DNA from: an uncultured Paenibacillaceae bacterium
Lineage (GTDB): Bacteria; Bacillota; Bacilli; Paenibacillales; K13
Direction: 5' to 3'
NCBI GenBank assembly: GCA_913056365.1
Contig: CAJXLT010000006.1
Location: 152,186-216,185, forward strand
Length of the DNA stretch: 64,000 nt
Of the stretch, positions 63,528 through 64,000 are shown in pieces. The stretch's first letter is position 1, and every line of letters begins with the position of its first letter. Made by a program: the position numbers and the translations under genes. The notes under the pieces are model-generated. The model searched no databases. It worked only from the letters and a program-made list of their open reading frames with translations, and was not told where the DNA came from.

Positions 63528-63935
63528 ATGATTCAACACTATAAGCCAATAGATCATATTAAAGTTTCAACTGAGATGGTTGAAGATATTGAGAAGGGAA
63601 TAATAAATTATCTGAAAAGCAATTCTTATATTCACCTAAGTGAAAAAGCATCTCAAATTAAAGAATTTAGATTAAAGTATACAAAAGAAAGTTATGGTAC
63701 TGAGATTGAAAGAGTCTCGGTAGCAATTTCTAAATTTATGGCTCATCAAGAAGCACTATTTAATTTAATGACGAAGGGGAAAATCATGCCTGTTAGGATT
63801 TCTAATGCCCCAAGTATACTGTATAGGTACAGCTTCAAAATTTTTTATGAGGAACAGCGAGGATCGATGACAACATCAGGTGATGTAGAGATATCTATTC
63901 CAATATTCATTCACGAAACGGTTGCGTTGGAATAA
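63528..63935 (+). CDS. hypothetical 135-aa protein downstream of the RT-nitrilase pair
   Basis: A strong SD (AAAGGAGAGGTGG) precedes the ATG at 63528. The ORF-track extension to 63333 lacks an SD. I recognised no motif. Confidence 0.5.
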   Translation: MIQHYKPIDHIKVSTEMVEDIEKGIINYLKSNSYIHLSEKASQIKEFRLKYTKESYGTEIERVSVAISKFMAHQEALFNLMTKGKIMPVRISNAPSILYRYSFKIFYEEQRGSMTTSGDVEISIPIFIHETVALE

Positions 63936-64000
63936 ACTATCATTGGGGGAGAAAACAAGACGGTAATGGGGGAAAGCTTGCGTAGATAATTCGTTACCCC

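Overview
This 64 kb window looks like a Paenibacillus-like Bacillales chromosome. That assignment is an inference from gene content: SLH-anchored surface proteins, yojF-bshB2 synteny, and a YesM/YesN-type two-component system next to LplABC-type sugar uptake genes. It has three parts.

(1) 1-32.2 kb is a cell-envelope locus. It holds the tail of a TagG/TagH-like glycopolymer ABC exporter, a Rossmann protein and a sulfotransferase. Next comes a 7TMR-DISM/LytS-type histidine kinase with an unusual REC-SARP(BTAD) response regulator. Four giant secreted proteins (1558, 1165, 2391 and 2796 aa) follow, each ending in three SLH domains. The first three are each preceded by the same terminator plus GTAAG-N6-GTAAG direct-repeat promoter module.

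(2) 32.2-45.6 kb holds housekeeping and regulatory genes:
- a YafY/WYL regulator divergent from a PhnB/VOC-like protein
- yojF-bshB2
- an AraC-type RR / HK / AraC-type RR trio with an SBP and two permeases
- a UPF0316 protein
- a soluble PAS-MCP

(3) 46-64 kb is a defence-island-like accessory region containing:
- a complete type I R-M system (hsdR-hsdM-hsdS)
- small orphan genes
- a three-gene cassette (two DUF488 paralogues plus a 220-aa protein) bracketed by two diverged copies of a ~180-nt structured, terminator-containing RNA element
- a MerR/MBL pair
- a membrane-anchored Mrr-like nuclease
- an AT-rich module with a 1059-aa UG/Abi-type reverse transcriptase translationally coupled to a separate nitrilase (DRT1-like but split), plus a 135-aa unknown protein

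I saw no rRNA, tRNA, CRISPR array or transposase. All calls come from reading the sequence and ORF translations and from motif recall; no database search was run.
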